A stretch of DNA of 35,004 nucleotides from a virus (Duplodnaviria > Caudoviricetes). A program made the position numbers and the translations under genes. The DNA lies in IMG/VR virus record IMGVR_UViG_3300020044_005297, positions 1 through 35,004 of that record, one strand, 5' to 3'. Below are positions 15,298 to 25,409 of the stretch, one piece after another (positions within the stretch are counted from its first letter, which is position 1; every line of letters starts with the position of its first letter). The notes beneath the pieces were generated by a model that did no database searches, was not told where the DNA came from, and saw only the letters and a list, made by a program, of their open reading frames with translations.

Positions 15298-17728
15298 TAC
15301 TACTGGGTTACAGTCAACCATTGACTTACTCGTCAAGTTGGGTAGTGTAGAGAAGTCAGTAGCGGAAGAGTTTAAGAGAGTTAACGAGGCTAATGTAGCC
15401 AGTCTGAACAAGGCAGCTACGGCTACTACTAAGCAATTCGAGCAAGTAAAGAAAGCCGTTGAAAGTGTCAAGGCTGATAATGGACTGGCTAAGGCTTTAG
15501 ATATATCCAAGGAATCTGTAGCAGTTGGTAACACATTTAAGTCATTAAAGACTCAACTAAAAGAGGCTACGTTAGAGGCTCAGAATCTTGCTGAGAAGTT
15601 CGGGGAATTAGATCCTCGGACGGTAGCGGCGGCTAAAAGAGCAGGAGAGTTAAAGGATAAGATTGGTGATGTTAACGCTCAGATCAAGGCTTTAACTCCT
15701 GAGGGTAAATTCCAAGCTATTCAGAATCTTGGTGGTGCTATTGCCGGAGTGTTTCAAGTAGCTACAGGTGCTTTACAAGCTTTCGGGGTAGAGTCTGAAC
15801 AGGCAACTAAGATAGCCCAACAGTTTCAAGGGGCTTTGAATATCTTCGGGGGACTGTCACAGCTAAGTCAGTTTAAGGACTCACTTGTAGCGGTACAATC
15901 GGCTTTAGGGTTAACTACGGTAGCAACTCAAACACAGGTAGTAGCTACGGAGGAACTGGCTGTCGCTGAAGGAGAGGCTACGGTAGCTCAGACGGCTTTA
16001 AATACGTCTATACTTGCTAACCCTTACGTTATAGCGGCGGCGGCTTTGGCGGCTTTAGTTGCAGGTATGTACTTATTCTCGACAGGTGCTGAAGATGCTA
16101 AGATCAAACAAGATGCACTCAATGAATCTATATCGGCTAATGATGCTGTCTATAGTAGAACCAATAAACAATTAGATGAAAGAGACAGAAAAGTATTAGC
16201 ACAGATAGACAATGAGATAGCTTTAGCTAAGGCTCGTGGAGCTTCTACATTGGAGATATCTAAACTTGAAGAAAATAGAATAAAAAAGGAACAAGAACTT
16301 ATTGATTTGCGAATAGATGCAAATGATAGATCCATAATAGCAGATCAAAAAAACGTACAGGCGGCTGTAGCTTTATCTAATGATGAAAACAAGGAAAAGG
16401 CTCGTTTATTAGGATTACAAATCAAAGACAAAGAATTTGCTAACGAGCAGTTATTAAATAAGTCGGAAGAGCTTGACGCAAAATTAAAGATATTAGAAGC
16501 TCAAAGGACTGCCGATGTTAAGAAGGAATTAGATGCTCAGGTTAAGGCTCGTCAGGAAGCTACTGAAAAATTAAATAAGGAGTCATTCGATAAGCAATTA
16601 GCCGCCTTAACCAATAGATTCAAACAGGAAAGAATCGAAGCAGGTAAGACGGCTACTACGGTTGAAGGGTATAAGATAGCGGAAACTAACATCACAACCC
16701 GTGAACTACAGGCTCAGTTAGACCTGTATAAGAAGTTCGGAATGGATACAACAGATATCCGTCTGAAGCTTCAAGAACAGGCAAGGAATAACCCTATCGA
16801 GATTGTCACCAAGTTTGATGATACTTCTCCTGCCATACCTGATGACTGGGAGAAAGCCGCTACTACTCCTGTTGTTGTTCCAATAGTAGTTGATCCGCAG
16901 TTAGAAGAAAATCAGAAAAAGCTTGACGATTTACAAAAGGAATTGTCTACAGCCTTTAAGGATTTGCTTCAAGAAATTGCTTCGAGTGCCATATTCAATC
17001 CTATTTTTCAAGGATTAGAGGATCAAATTAAAATAACAGAAGAGCTTCGGGATGCTGAATTGGAGGCAATTAAAACCGAAGAAGAGGCTTTGTTATCAAG
17101 TTATGAGAACCGAAGAATTGGTAAACGTGAACTCGAAGAGTCACAGAAGAAGTTAGCTTTAGACCGTGTAGCGGCTGAGAAGAAAGCTGAAAAGGAACTT
17201 AATGAGTTAAAGCATAAGCAAGATGTAGCTAATAGGAATCAGAAGCTATTCGACATCGCCTTGGCTACATTAAGAAATTCATTAGAACAACCCGGACCAC
17301 TTGGGGCGTTTATTCCATACTGGATAGGTCTTGGAGCTGTTCAAGCGGCGGCAGTATTGGCTCAACCATTACCAAAGTATAAAAAGGGTACTCTCTCAGT
17401 ACCGGGTGTAGGCTCTGAAGATAGCCACATGGCTATGTTACAACCCGGAGAGGCTGTCATTCCTACGGATACTAATCGTAGATATAAGACGGCTATTGAG
17501 GCTATCTATAATAACAAGATAGATCCTAACGATATCAATTCTTGGGTATCTTTACGATTAAGGGGAGGTATTAACGAAGGGGTTAATTCACGCCCAGTAA
17601 CAGCTAAATTGGAGACAGCTGACCTTTATGAACTTAGTAGAATGATGAAAAAGAATAACGGTGTATACATCCGTAACATGGGAGACTTCGCTACTATTTT
17701 TGAGAACATGAATAATCCTCGCAGATAA
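15263..17728 (+). CDS. tape measure protein
   Basis: 821-aa Ala/Lys/Glu-rich helical protein with an ANPYVIAAAALAAL hydrophobic segment and C-terminal KYKKG..AMLQPGEAVIP motif. Confidence 0.85.
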   Translation: MAETVVINIEANTTGLQSTIDLLVKLGSVEKSVAEEFKRVNEANVASLNKAATATTKQFEQVKKAVESVKADNGLAKALDISKESVAVGNTFKSLKTQLKEATLEAQNLAEKFGELDPRTVAAAKRAGELKDKIGDVNAQIKALTPEGKFQAIQNLGGAIAGVFQVATGALQAFGVESEQATKIAQQFQGALNIFGGLSQLSQFKDSLVAVQSALGLTTVATQTQVVATEELAVAEGEATVAQTALNTSILANPYVIAAAALAALVAGMYLFSTGAEDAKIKQDALNESISANDAVYSRTNKQLDERDRKVLAQIDNEIALAKARGASTLEISKLEENRIKKEQELIDLRIDANDRSIIADQKNVQAAVALSNDENKEKARLLGLQIKDKEFANEQLLNKSEELDAKLKILEAQRTADVKKELDAQVKARQEATEKLNKESFDKQLAALTNRFKQERIEAGKTATTVEGYKIAETNITTRELQAQLDLYKKFGMDTTDIRLKLQEQARNNPIEIVTKFDDTSPAIPDDWEKAATTPVVVPIVVDPQLEENQKKLDDLQKELSTAFKDLLQEIASSAIFNPIFQGLEDQIKITEELRDAELEAIKTEEEALLSSYENRRIGKRELEESQKKLALDRVAAEKKAEKELNELKHKQDVANRNQKLFDIALATLRNSLEQPGPLGAFIPYWIGLGAVQAAAVLAQPLPKYKKGTLSVPGVGSEDSHMAMLQPGEAVIPTDTNRRYKTAIEAIYNNKIDPNDINSWVSLRLRGGINEGVNSRPVTAKLETADLYELSRMMKKNNGVYIRNMGDFATIFENMNNPRR

Positions 17729-19674
17729 TGTTCAAATTCTATCTGAATGGCACTGAAGTAGTAGACCATCCCGAAGGGTGGAATAACATAGACACTACCG
17801 TTAAACGGGATGTCTTTAGTGGTGGATTGTTTTTTGATGCAAATATCAAGCTCGTAACATACGGAGGTCAGGATTTATATTCATCGCTTCAATCTTTATG
17901 GAATGCTGATCCGTTTGGTGTTTCCTCGTTTGATATCTTTCAACGTAGTGGAACGGCTGGTTATGTACTTATCCATGCAGGAATTGTATTCCATTCGGAC
18001 CTTAAGTTTAATCTCGTTAACAATAATATAGAATTCAAGGTCGATGATAACGGTTGGTATTCCAAGCTAAAGAATAACCAAAGGTTGGATGTCAATATGG
18101 GTACTTCTTTATCGAAGAATCAGATAGCCATTCAACCCATTTCACACTTTGATCTATCATTCCACAGGGTAAGTAACGGAACATACTACGCTGACACTCG
18201 GAACGCTTACAAGGTCTATGACTGTCTGAAGTTCTTGGTGGACTTCATGTCTGATGGAGAAGTAGAATTCGAGTCTGATTGTTTCAATGTCGGTGGTATT
18301 TACGAGTACTTTTGTATCGTAAACGGTCACGAACTATGGGCACATGACCATACTCAAAGTCCTCGTTTAAACTTTGCTTTATTATTTGGGGATTTAAAGA
18401 AGCGGTTAAATGTTCGGTTTGCCATCGTTAATAACGGGGCAACTCCTACCATTAAGATAGAACCGGCTGACTACTTCTATGATACGTCTACGGCTTTCAC
18501 TTTGCCTGATACACCTGATGAAATATCCATCCAAGCGGATTCATCGATTATGTATAGTGCTATCGTTGTAGGTTCGGAAAAGTATGAGACTACTTCATCA
18601 ATGACTTTTCCTGATATTCAAAATTTGATAGCTTTCCGACAAGAAAGTCTCCATTTTGAAGGGGTTAATAACATAGATAATGAGTTAGATTTGGTTGGTA
18701 AGCTCGTAGTATCCAACAGTTCTATTGACCTTTGTTTACAACTTCTTTCGGGATATGACTCGTATGACGAAGATAACTTCATGGTTCAGTATACTGGATT
18801 GAATCAGACACATAAGTCAGATTGGGCAGGTACTGGACATCATCTGTATAATGAGCAGTTGAATAATATAAACACACTTCAGAGATGGGCTAACTACATT
18901 CCGGGTAATGTTATCGCCAACTTTAATAATACGACTACCGGAAGGATGTTGGCTTTTAATACTGTCCTTCGTACTGGCTCTAACATTGGGTCGGCTTCAA
19001 CCATTGGTCCTATTCAGTTTGACGATGACTATACCCGTGGCTTTGATCCTAACGGAGTCTATGGAGGTTCTACGGCTCAGGGTTCACCCGTTAGTCAGGT
19101 ATTAAGTATCTACACAGCTCCTTCCAATGCTAATCTGACTTTCAGTAGTCAGGTAAGTATGGATACTATTGTTACGGGAGGTACAATACCATCAGTTCAG
19201 ATATTCTTCCAAAAGTTTAACGCTTCAAATACTGTAATCGATGACTTTAGTGGTCCATTGGTTCAGATGAATGTGTTCTCCGGTCAACAGGGTCCTACTG
19301 TTATATCAGCTTCATGGAATACCTATCTCAACACAAGTGAGTATATCGCTGTTTATGTCAAGTGTAATACGGGAGGATTCTTCTATAACATCAGACCGAA
19401 TGATACTTTCTTAAGTTGCAATGGTATCAATACGGGAGGCGGTACGGTATTGGCTTCAAATAGTGGAGTATTTAAGTGTTACAAAGTTAATTTCAAGTAT
19501 CCGATTACATTGGCTGACTTTCAAACGATAGGCAATAGTAAAAACGGACTGATTTCCATACCTTTGCACAATAACAGATCAATTCAGGGATGGGTTGATA
19601 ACATCAAGTTTGACAATAGTTCCGGGGAAACAACCTTCACACTTATAAGCGATGGCAATACAGTTTATCGATAA
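17728..19674 (+). CDS. tail tip / baseplate hub protein
   Basis: Follows the TMP; MFKFYLNG..DHPEGW start; beta-rich insertion near the C-terminus. Confidence 0.65.
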   Translation: MFKFYLNGTEVVDHPEGWNNIDTTVKRDVFSGGLFFDANIKLVTYGGQDLYSSLQSLWNADPFGVSSFDIFQRSGTAGYVLIHAGIVFHSDLKFNLVNNNIEFKVDDNGWYSKLKNNQRLDVNMGTSLSKNQIAIQPISHFDLSFHRVSNGTYYADTRNAYKVYDCLKFLVDFMSDGEVEFESDCFNVGGIYEYFCIVNGHELWAHDHTQSPRLNFALLFGDLKKRLNVRFAIVNNGATPTIKIEPADYFYDTSTAFTLPDTPDEISIQADSSIMYSAIVVGSEKYETTSSMTFPDIQNLIAFRQESLHFEGVNNIDNELDLVGKLVVSNSSIDLCLQLLSGYDSYDEDNFMVQYTGLNQTHKSDWAGTGHHLYNEQLNNINTLQRWANYIPGNVIANFNNTTTGRMLAFNTVLRTGSNIGSASTIGPIQFDDDYTRGFDPNGVYGGSTAQGSPVSQVLSIYTAPSNANLTFSSQVSMDTIVTGGTIPSVQIFFQKFNASNTVIDDFSGPLVQMNVFSGQQGPTVISASWNTYLNTSEYIAVYVKCNTGGFFYNIRPNDTFLSCNGINTGGGTVLASNSGVFKCYKVNFKYPITLADFQTIGNSKNGLISIPLHNNRSIQGWVDNIKFDNSSGETTFTLISDGNTVYR

Positions 19675-21658
19675 CCAACCTATTACATGGCGTACTGATT
19701 GGGCGACAGATAGCGATTGTAAGACATCGAATGAACTGGCCTGTACTATTTATAGCAACAACGATACTCTATTCGCTCAATGGCAACAGACACCGTGTGG
19801 AACAGGGTCTAATAAGCTTTGTAATCCGACATTCACCAATGGTAACACGGATTTGGTTACAAACGGTTCTTTTACAACCAATAGCACAGGATGGACACTT
19901 GGAACGGGCGTAACCCGTGATGCTGTCAATAAACGGATTCAGTTTCCCGGTACTACTTTGGCTACGGCTTTAAGTCAGACATTGACCATGTCAGCAGGTA
20001 ACTACTATCAAGTTACCTATACCATTGGAGGAAATACAACGGGGAGTATAACGGCTAAATTAGACGGAACGTCAGGAGTTACCCGATTCTCTCCGGGTAC
20101 TTATACCGAATACATTCAGTATACTGGAGGTACTAACTCCATCGTATTTTCAACTTCGGGGTTTAACGGATGGATTGATGATATTAGCGTTAATTTAAAC
20201 GGTATTAGTTCGGGATGTTGGCAGACTTCTTTTCCTTCAAGGTGGCAGATCAATACTAATGGAAGTATAACCAAGGTAGCAGGATTGGCTGATACACTTG
20301 GAGGAACTATCAATAGTTTTAACGTAGGTTCATACCTTAAATTAAGCTTTAGGGTTAGTGGTTTGTCAGCAGGTTCGATGGGATTTGAAATGGTTGGTGT
20401 GTCTCTATTGGATACAATTACCACTGATGGAATATATACTTACTACACTACAGCTCCGACAGTTGGAAACATTAACTTCCATCCTGACGCTAATTTCGAT
20501 GGAACTATATCTGATTTAAGTGTTTACGAATATTCCAACTTCTTTTCAGTAACATTAAAAGACAGTCATGGAGCTATCGTAGCCGATTTGAGTTCTGATG
20601 TTGAGTTATTCGAGGATAAGATTATCCTTAAGTATGATATGTACGATATAGATCCGGGCTGTTATGTTATAACCATTGGTGACGCTTGTGGCTATTCGTT
20701 AAGTCAGGATTTGATTACAAACTATTCCTTTACTGATGCAACAAAATGGAATGTTGACTTAACAGTTCCGGGAGGAGCTAACGGACAAACTGGATCTGTA
20801 GCAGGTGGAAAGTTAACGCTTGGAACATCAGCCGTAGGTGGATATAATGAGTGGAGAGTAACGGATACTGTAATTGGGGATATATTTCCTACGGCGGCTA
20901 CTACAATGGTTATTCAGTGGACCGTTGCTATGGGTGCTGTAACAGCCAGTCCTAACATATACATGAATGATAAGAATAGCCAGTATCACTTATTGGTTAC
21001 ATCGGCTGCAGCTAATACTACTTATACGGGAACTATAACGCTTTCTGGTCAACAGGTTGTATCGGGAATAAACCCACAATTAAGGGTATATTTGACTCCT
21101 GCCATTGCTTCAAGAACTATCGAAATCAATGACTTCCGTCTTCAGTTGATGTCTTACATACCCGGTCAGATGACTACCTACGATTCTAATTGTATCGAGG
21201 TTATCGATTATCCTGATTCAGAGAAATGCACTCAGTGGATTGGTGGAACTAATGGAGAGGACTCTTTCGGCTTTCACTTTAACCCCAATGATGCTACTCC
21301 GTTTCAGATTGGTGCTAGGGTCCGCTCTATGTTAATCAATCCAAAGTATTCGGGAGACATCAATAGGTATTCCAACGCCTCAGGGAAAAATATCATAACC
21401 AAGTCAAGTAGCGGAAAGCTTTACACGCTTTTCATAGATTATACTGATGAACATACACACGATTGGTTACGATTAGCCGTACTTTCGGACACTGTTAAGA
21501 TTGGAAAGTATTCCGGACAAGCTAACATCGATTATGTGTCTACAGATGGTGACTATTCGCCCGAATGGCCGTCTGCACTTGGTGACTGGCCATCGGCACA
21601 GGCTCGGATAGAAGTTCAGAAACAAACTGACGTTTTATATAACAATAATGCAGGATAA
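19652..21658 (+). CDS. tail protein (distal-tail-like) with carbohydrate-binding-like beta-sandwich inserts
   Basis: LVTNGSF..W..IDDISV type modules; Thr/Gly-rich; in the tail tip context. Confidence 0.65.
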   Translation: MAIQFIDNQPITWRTDWATDSDCKTSNELACTIYSNNDTLFAQWQQTPCGTGSNKLCNPTFTNGNTDLVTNGSFTTNSTGWTLGTGVTRDAVNKRIQFPGTTLATALSQTLTMSAGNYYQVTYTIGGNTTGSITAKLDGTSGVTRFSPGTYTEYIQYTGGTNSIVFSTSGFNGWIDDISVNLNGISSGCWQTSFPSRWQINTNGSITKVAGLADTLGGTINSFNVGSYLKLSFRVSGLSAGSMGFEMVGVSLLDTITTDGIYTYYTTAPTVGNINFHPDANFDGTISDLSVYEYSNFFSVTLKDSHGAIVADLSSDVELFEDKIILKYDMYDIDPGCYVITIGDACGYSLSQDLITNYSFTDATKWNVDLTVPGGANGQTGSVAGGKLTLGTSAVGGYNEWRVTDTVIGDIFPTAATTMVIQWTVAMGAVTASPNIYMNDKNSQYHLLVTSAAANTTYTGTITLSGQQVVSGINPQLRVYLTPAIASRTIEINDFRLQLMSYIPGQMTTYDSNCIEVIDYPDSEKCTQWIGGTNGEDSFGFHFNPNDATPFQIGARVRSMLINPKYSGDINRYSNASGKNIITKSSSGKLYTLFIDYTDEHTHDWLRLAVLSDTVKIGKYSGQANIDYVSTDGDYSPEWPSALGDWPSAQARIEVQKQTDVLYNNNAG

Positions 21659-22490
21659 GGGAATTCTCCTAATAGCTACTGGCCATCCATATTATAGCCA
21701 TATGGCTTTCAATCTATTGGTATCTATCAGGTATCATGTCCCTGATATGCCTATAGCTATTATCCAAGACGGTCAAGGATTTAACTTATTGGCTGATTAT
21801 CAGAGGGAAGAGTTCACCCATGTCATTGATCTTCCAAAGGAATTGACTGACGGTGACCCATACAAAGTCAAGCTTTACCTTGACGAACTGACCCCATTCA
21901 AAAAGACGTTATTCCTTGACGTTGATATGTTATGGGGAAACTTCAAGAGTCCATCAGATTTATTCAATGAATTGGATGGGAATGAATTCACCATCATCAG
22001 CCGATCAGAGCTTACACCTGATGATACAAGCTTATCAAGATGGTTTAATCTGAAAGAGGCTTCAGAGGCTTACAAATTGGATACGTTCTATGATGTAAGT
22101 TCTGAACTGATATACTTCGAGGGTAAACCGAAAGTCTTTCAGACGGCTCGAAAAGTGTATCTAAAGCCAAAGATGAATATCGCTCCGTTTGGGGCAGGTC
22201 TTCCAGATGAAGCTTTCTTTATGATTGCCATAGCAAAAGAAGGAATTCGTCTACATCAATGTCCCTTTGAGCCGACATACTGGGAACCAAGGTATCATCC
22301 AAAACAGCATAACCGAAAGCATATTGACGGCTTTTATGCTATGTCTGTAGGTGGAGCTTTTAGTTCCAATCACATTAAGAAGATATACGACAGTCTTTCA
22401 ACTCATTACCACAATTCATCGGGTAGGTTCTCTGAACCATACCAATTACAAAATAAAAGCCGTATTTTTAAAGAACGCAGGAAAATCTAA
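21648..22490 (+). CDS. glycosyltransferase (GT-A, GT8-like nucleotide-diphospho-sugar transferase)
   Basis: KGILLIATG..Y..MA..L..SIR, TPFKKTLFLDVD (DxD) and PDE motifs. Confidence 0.8.
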   Translation: MQDKGILLIATGHPYYSHMAFNLLVSIRYHVPDMPIAIIQDGQGFNLLADYQREEFTHVIDLPKELTDGDPYKVKLYLDELTPFKKTLFLDVDMLWGNFKSPSDLFNELDGNEFTIISRSELTPDDTSLSRWFNLKEASEAYKLDTFYDVSSELIYFEGKPKVFQTARKVYLKPKMNIAPFGAGLPDEAFFMIAIAKEGIRLHQCPFEPTYWEPRYHPKQHNRKHIDGFYAMSVGGAFSSNHIKKIYDSLSTHYHNSSGRFSEPYQLQNKSRIFKERRKI

Positions 22491-24265
22491 TGCCTATCAT
22501 CGATATTTCCCAATACCATCAGGGAGGCAAACGTCATCAGTTCTACGCTGATTCCGTTAAACAGTTTAACGATATTAAGGTTCACGCTATGGGTGAATAT
22601 CCTGTTCACCTGATATCTGAACGCCGTCCCGGGGAGTCTGAAACTATTAAGAGATACCGTGAAAAGATCTATGTCCCAAAAACTCAAGCGGCTCTATCCA
22701 AGGTCTTTAACTCCCTTCAGAAGATACGCAAATCTCAGGACTACGTCATCCGTTTCGATGATACAGTAGTTCCTCCAATGATAGCCAGTGAAGAACGTCC
22801 TTCAAAGTATTTGGATGATGATTTCCCTAAATACGGGTCACTCGATAACTGGTTCTGGTCCGTAGCTTTCAATCAGTATCTGATGGATGCTAACGCTTTC
22901 GTTATGATAGCTCCTCTAAATCCAATGAAAATGGATAACGAGTACTATCAGCCGTATCCAATGCTTTTCAATAGTCCTCAGGTACTTGATTATGTTGAAG
23001 GTCAATATGGTGTATTCAAGTCCATTGAAACGAGTACCTACCGTAGCGGAAACAGGACCTATCAAGGTGCTGTTTATTATTCCGTTGATGCTTTGTCCAT
23101 AGTTAAGTATGAGCAAGTTAATGCCAAAGGTGATTTTTCAGCGACTGAATTCCTTCACGGACTTGGTTACTTGCCATTGGTTAGGCTTAATGGGATGATC
23201 CTTAAAGACGGATTTGGAGACGCTTTGTATACATCCCGAATTCATTCAGTAGTCCCATCACTCAATGAAGCTGCTCGTGAATGGTCCGACCTACAAGCTG
23301 AAGTAGTTCAGCATATCCATAGTACCATGTGGGCTATCCATGGCAAGGAATGTAATTCATGCCGAGGTACTGGTTCCATCCCTAAAGCCGGACAGTCACC
23401 AATCCAATGTGATGAATGTAACGGAAAAGGATTCTATCCGTTTAACCCTTACGAACATATTACCATCAAGCCTCCGACAATGGGTGAGGCTATGCCTCCT
23501 ACTCCTCCTGCCGGGTACTTGACCAAGCCTATTGATATTGCCAAGCTTCAAGATCAACGGGTTCATGACCATATCTATCACGCTTTGTCTTCATTGAATA
23601 TGGAGTTTTTAGCCGCTGTTCCATTATCACAATCGGGTGTAGCTAAAGAAGTTGACAGAGCTGAACTCAATAACTTTGTGTATTCAATCGCTGAAGATTG
23701 TGTCCGTATTATTGATGAAATTTCGGAGATTGTTATTGACTATCGTTATGCAGGTATTATCCCTGATTACGAAGAACGTGAGAAATTACGTCCAATGATT
23801 TCAGTTCCTATGAAGTACGATATGATTCCGGAAAGCTTTATGGTCGATGAAATTTCAAAGCTCCGTACTGCACGGGTTAACCCGATGATTATCAACGCCG
23901 CTGAGCTTGAATACGCCGCTAAGAAATTCAATACTGATAAGAAGATTAAGCATAAGCTCGAAGACGTCTATCAGTTGGACCCATTGGCAGGACTGGCGGC
24001 TGAAGAGATTCTTGTAGCTGTATCCAATGGAGTCATAAACAAACGGACGTATATTATTCACTCCAATATATCTGAGTTTATTGATCTTGCTAATCAGCAA
24101 TATGAAGACTTTTATAAGTTACCATACCTTCAGAAACGTCAAATAATTAACGATTTGGCGGCTCAATGGGAAGCTGATAACCGTCCAAGAACTATTCCTA
24201 CCACAATACCTCAAATGATTACGGATGTCCCTCGTCCAGATTCAAACAATCCTCAATCGAATTGA
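22490..24265 (+). CDS. portal protein with a DnaJ-type zinc-finger insert
   Basis: 591 aa upstream of the minor head gene; HGLGYLP and QSGVAKEVDR motifs; two CxxCxGxG repeats. Confidence 0.8.
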   Translation: MPIIDISQYHQGGKRHQFYADSVKQFNDIKVHAMGEYPVHLISERRPGESETIKRYREKIYVPKTQAALSKVFNSLQKIRKSQDYVIRFDDTVVPPMIASEERPSKYLDDDFPKYGSLDNWFWSVAFNQYLMDANAFVMIAPLNPMKMDNEYYQPYPMLFNSPQVLDYVEGQYGVFKSIETSTYRSGNRTYQGAVYYSVDALSIVKYEQVNAKGDFSATEFLHGLGYLPLVRLNGMILKDGFGDALYTSRIHSVVPSLNEAAREWSDLQAEVVQHIHSTMWAIHGKECNSCRGTGSIPKAGQSPIQCDECNGKGFYPFNPYEHITIKPPTMGEAMPPTPPAGYLTKPIDIAKLQDQRVHDHIYHALSSLNMEFLAAVPLSQSGVAKEVDRAELNNFVYSIAEDCVRIIDEISEIVIDYRYAGIIPDYEEREKLRPMISVPMKYDMIPESFMVDEISKLRTARVNPMIINAAELEYAAKKFNTDKKIKHKLEDVYQLDPLAGLAAEEILVAVSNGVINKRTYIIHSNISEFIDLANQQYEDFYKLPYLQKRQIINDLAAQWEADNRPRTIPTTIPQMITDVPRPDSNNPQSN

Positions 24266-25127
24266 TTCAGCCGTTAACGGCTTTGTCAGGGGTCTTCCGG
24301 AAGTAGAACGGAAGGTCTTTGACCGTGTCATGGTGCTGATAAAACAGTTACAGATTGACAATCTTGGTAAGGTTCAAAACAATATCAACAACCTAAAGGT
24401 TCTAACACAACTAAATAAGGAGATAAATGACATTGTACTTTCCCCGGAATACAAAGACAAAGTATCTGCTTTCACGGGTGTCTTTGGTGACTTGTCTACT
24501 TTACAAAATGATTACTTATCCACTGTCTTTGATAAGTTCAAGCCTTCCAAAGTCCTTAAAGCTATCACTGATACAAGCGTGGATATTACTATCGATCAAC
24601 TTCAGGAAACAGGAGTAACGTCATCACTTGCCAGTGAACTTAAGGATATACTAAAGCAATCTATCACCACAGGCGGTTCATACGCTGAACTGACCGATAC
24701 TCTTAGAACTTCTATTCGTGGTAATGATCAGATAGAAGGTGGACTTATGAGATACGCCCGTACTTTTACTACGGATGCTATCAATCAGTTCAATGCTACT
24801 TATACTAAACAAGTTAGCCAAGACTTCAAAGCTGAATGGTATCGTTACACTGGCTCTAACATGGAGACAACTCGTGAGTTCTGCAAGGTTTTAAAAGATA
24901 AAGACGGTGGATACTTTCACATAAATGAAGTGCCGGGATTCTTGCAAGGGATAATAGGGAATAAACAGGTTGAGATATACTCCAAGTATGATCTACCTAA
25001 GGGGATGAATGAAGCCACTAATACAGATAACTTCTTCGTATTAAGGGGTGGCTATAATTGTGGACATCAGATCTTCCCTGTCTCCAAAGTCTCAGTTCCT
25101 GAATCGCTTCGCAGTAGGTTCGAGTGA
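24225..25127 (+). CDS. minor head / head morphogenesis protein (MuF/SPP1 gp7-like)
   Basis: YTGS..TTREFC and RGGYNCGH motifs; follows the portal. Confidence 0.8.
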   Translation: MSLVQIQTILNRIDSAVNGFVRGLPEVERKVFDRVMVLIKQLQIDNLGKVQNNINNLKVLTQLNKEINDIVLSPEYKDKVSAFTGVFGDLSTLQNDYLSTVFDKFKPSKVLKAITDTSVDITIDQLQETGVTSSLASELKDILKQSITTGGSYAELTDTLRTSIRGNDQIEGGLMRYARTFTTDAINQFNATYTKQVSQDFKAEWYRYTGSNMETTREFCKVLKDKDGGYFHINEVPGFLQGIIGNKQVEIYSKYDLPKGMNEATNTDNFFVLRGGYNCGHQIFPVSKVSVPESLRSRFE

Positions 25128-25276
25128 TTCCATTCACGGATAATTCGATTTATTATCTGCTGTCTACCTCTGAACTTTCCCATCAGTATAGATTTGGATT
25201 GTTCTTGAAGTATGATCTGTGCTACGTCATCACACATCTTAAAGGTAAAGGATAGACATCCTTCATCTTGCTTCAT
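25067..25276 (-). CDS. putative ribbon-helix-helix (Arc-like) regulator
   Basis: LSFTFKMCDDVAQII..GRQQIINRIIREW strand-helix-helix pattern; fills an otherwise empty gap and has a TATATTTG element upstream. Confidence 0.55.
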   Translation of the reverse strand: MKQDEGCLSFTFKMCDDVAQIILQEQSKSILMGKFRGRQQIINRIIREWNHSNLLRSDSGTETLETGKI

Positions 25277-25338
25277 TGGTCACCTCCGTGTTATAGTGCA
25301 TGAAATATACTAAAAATCTAATAATAATACAAGTTATA

Positions 25339-25346
25339 CAAATATA
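25339..25346 (-). promoter_or_regulatory. Bacteroidota -7 element for the minus-strand gene
   Basis: CAAATATA on + reads TATATTTG on -. Confidence 0.5.
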
Positions 25347-25409
25347 AAAACAAGCTGATACGAATAGAGACGTATTTATACGGAATTTTGCAGTAAAATC
25401 AGGCACTTT

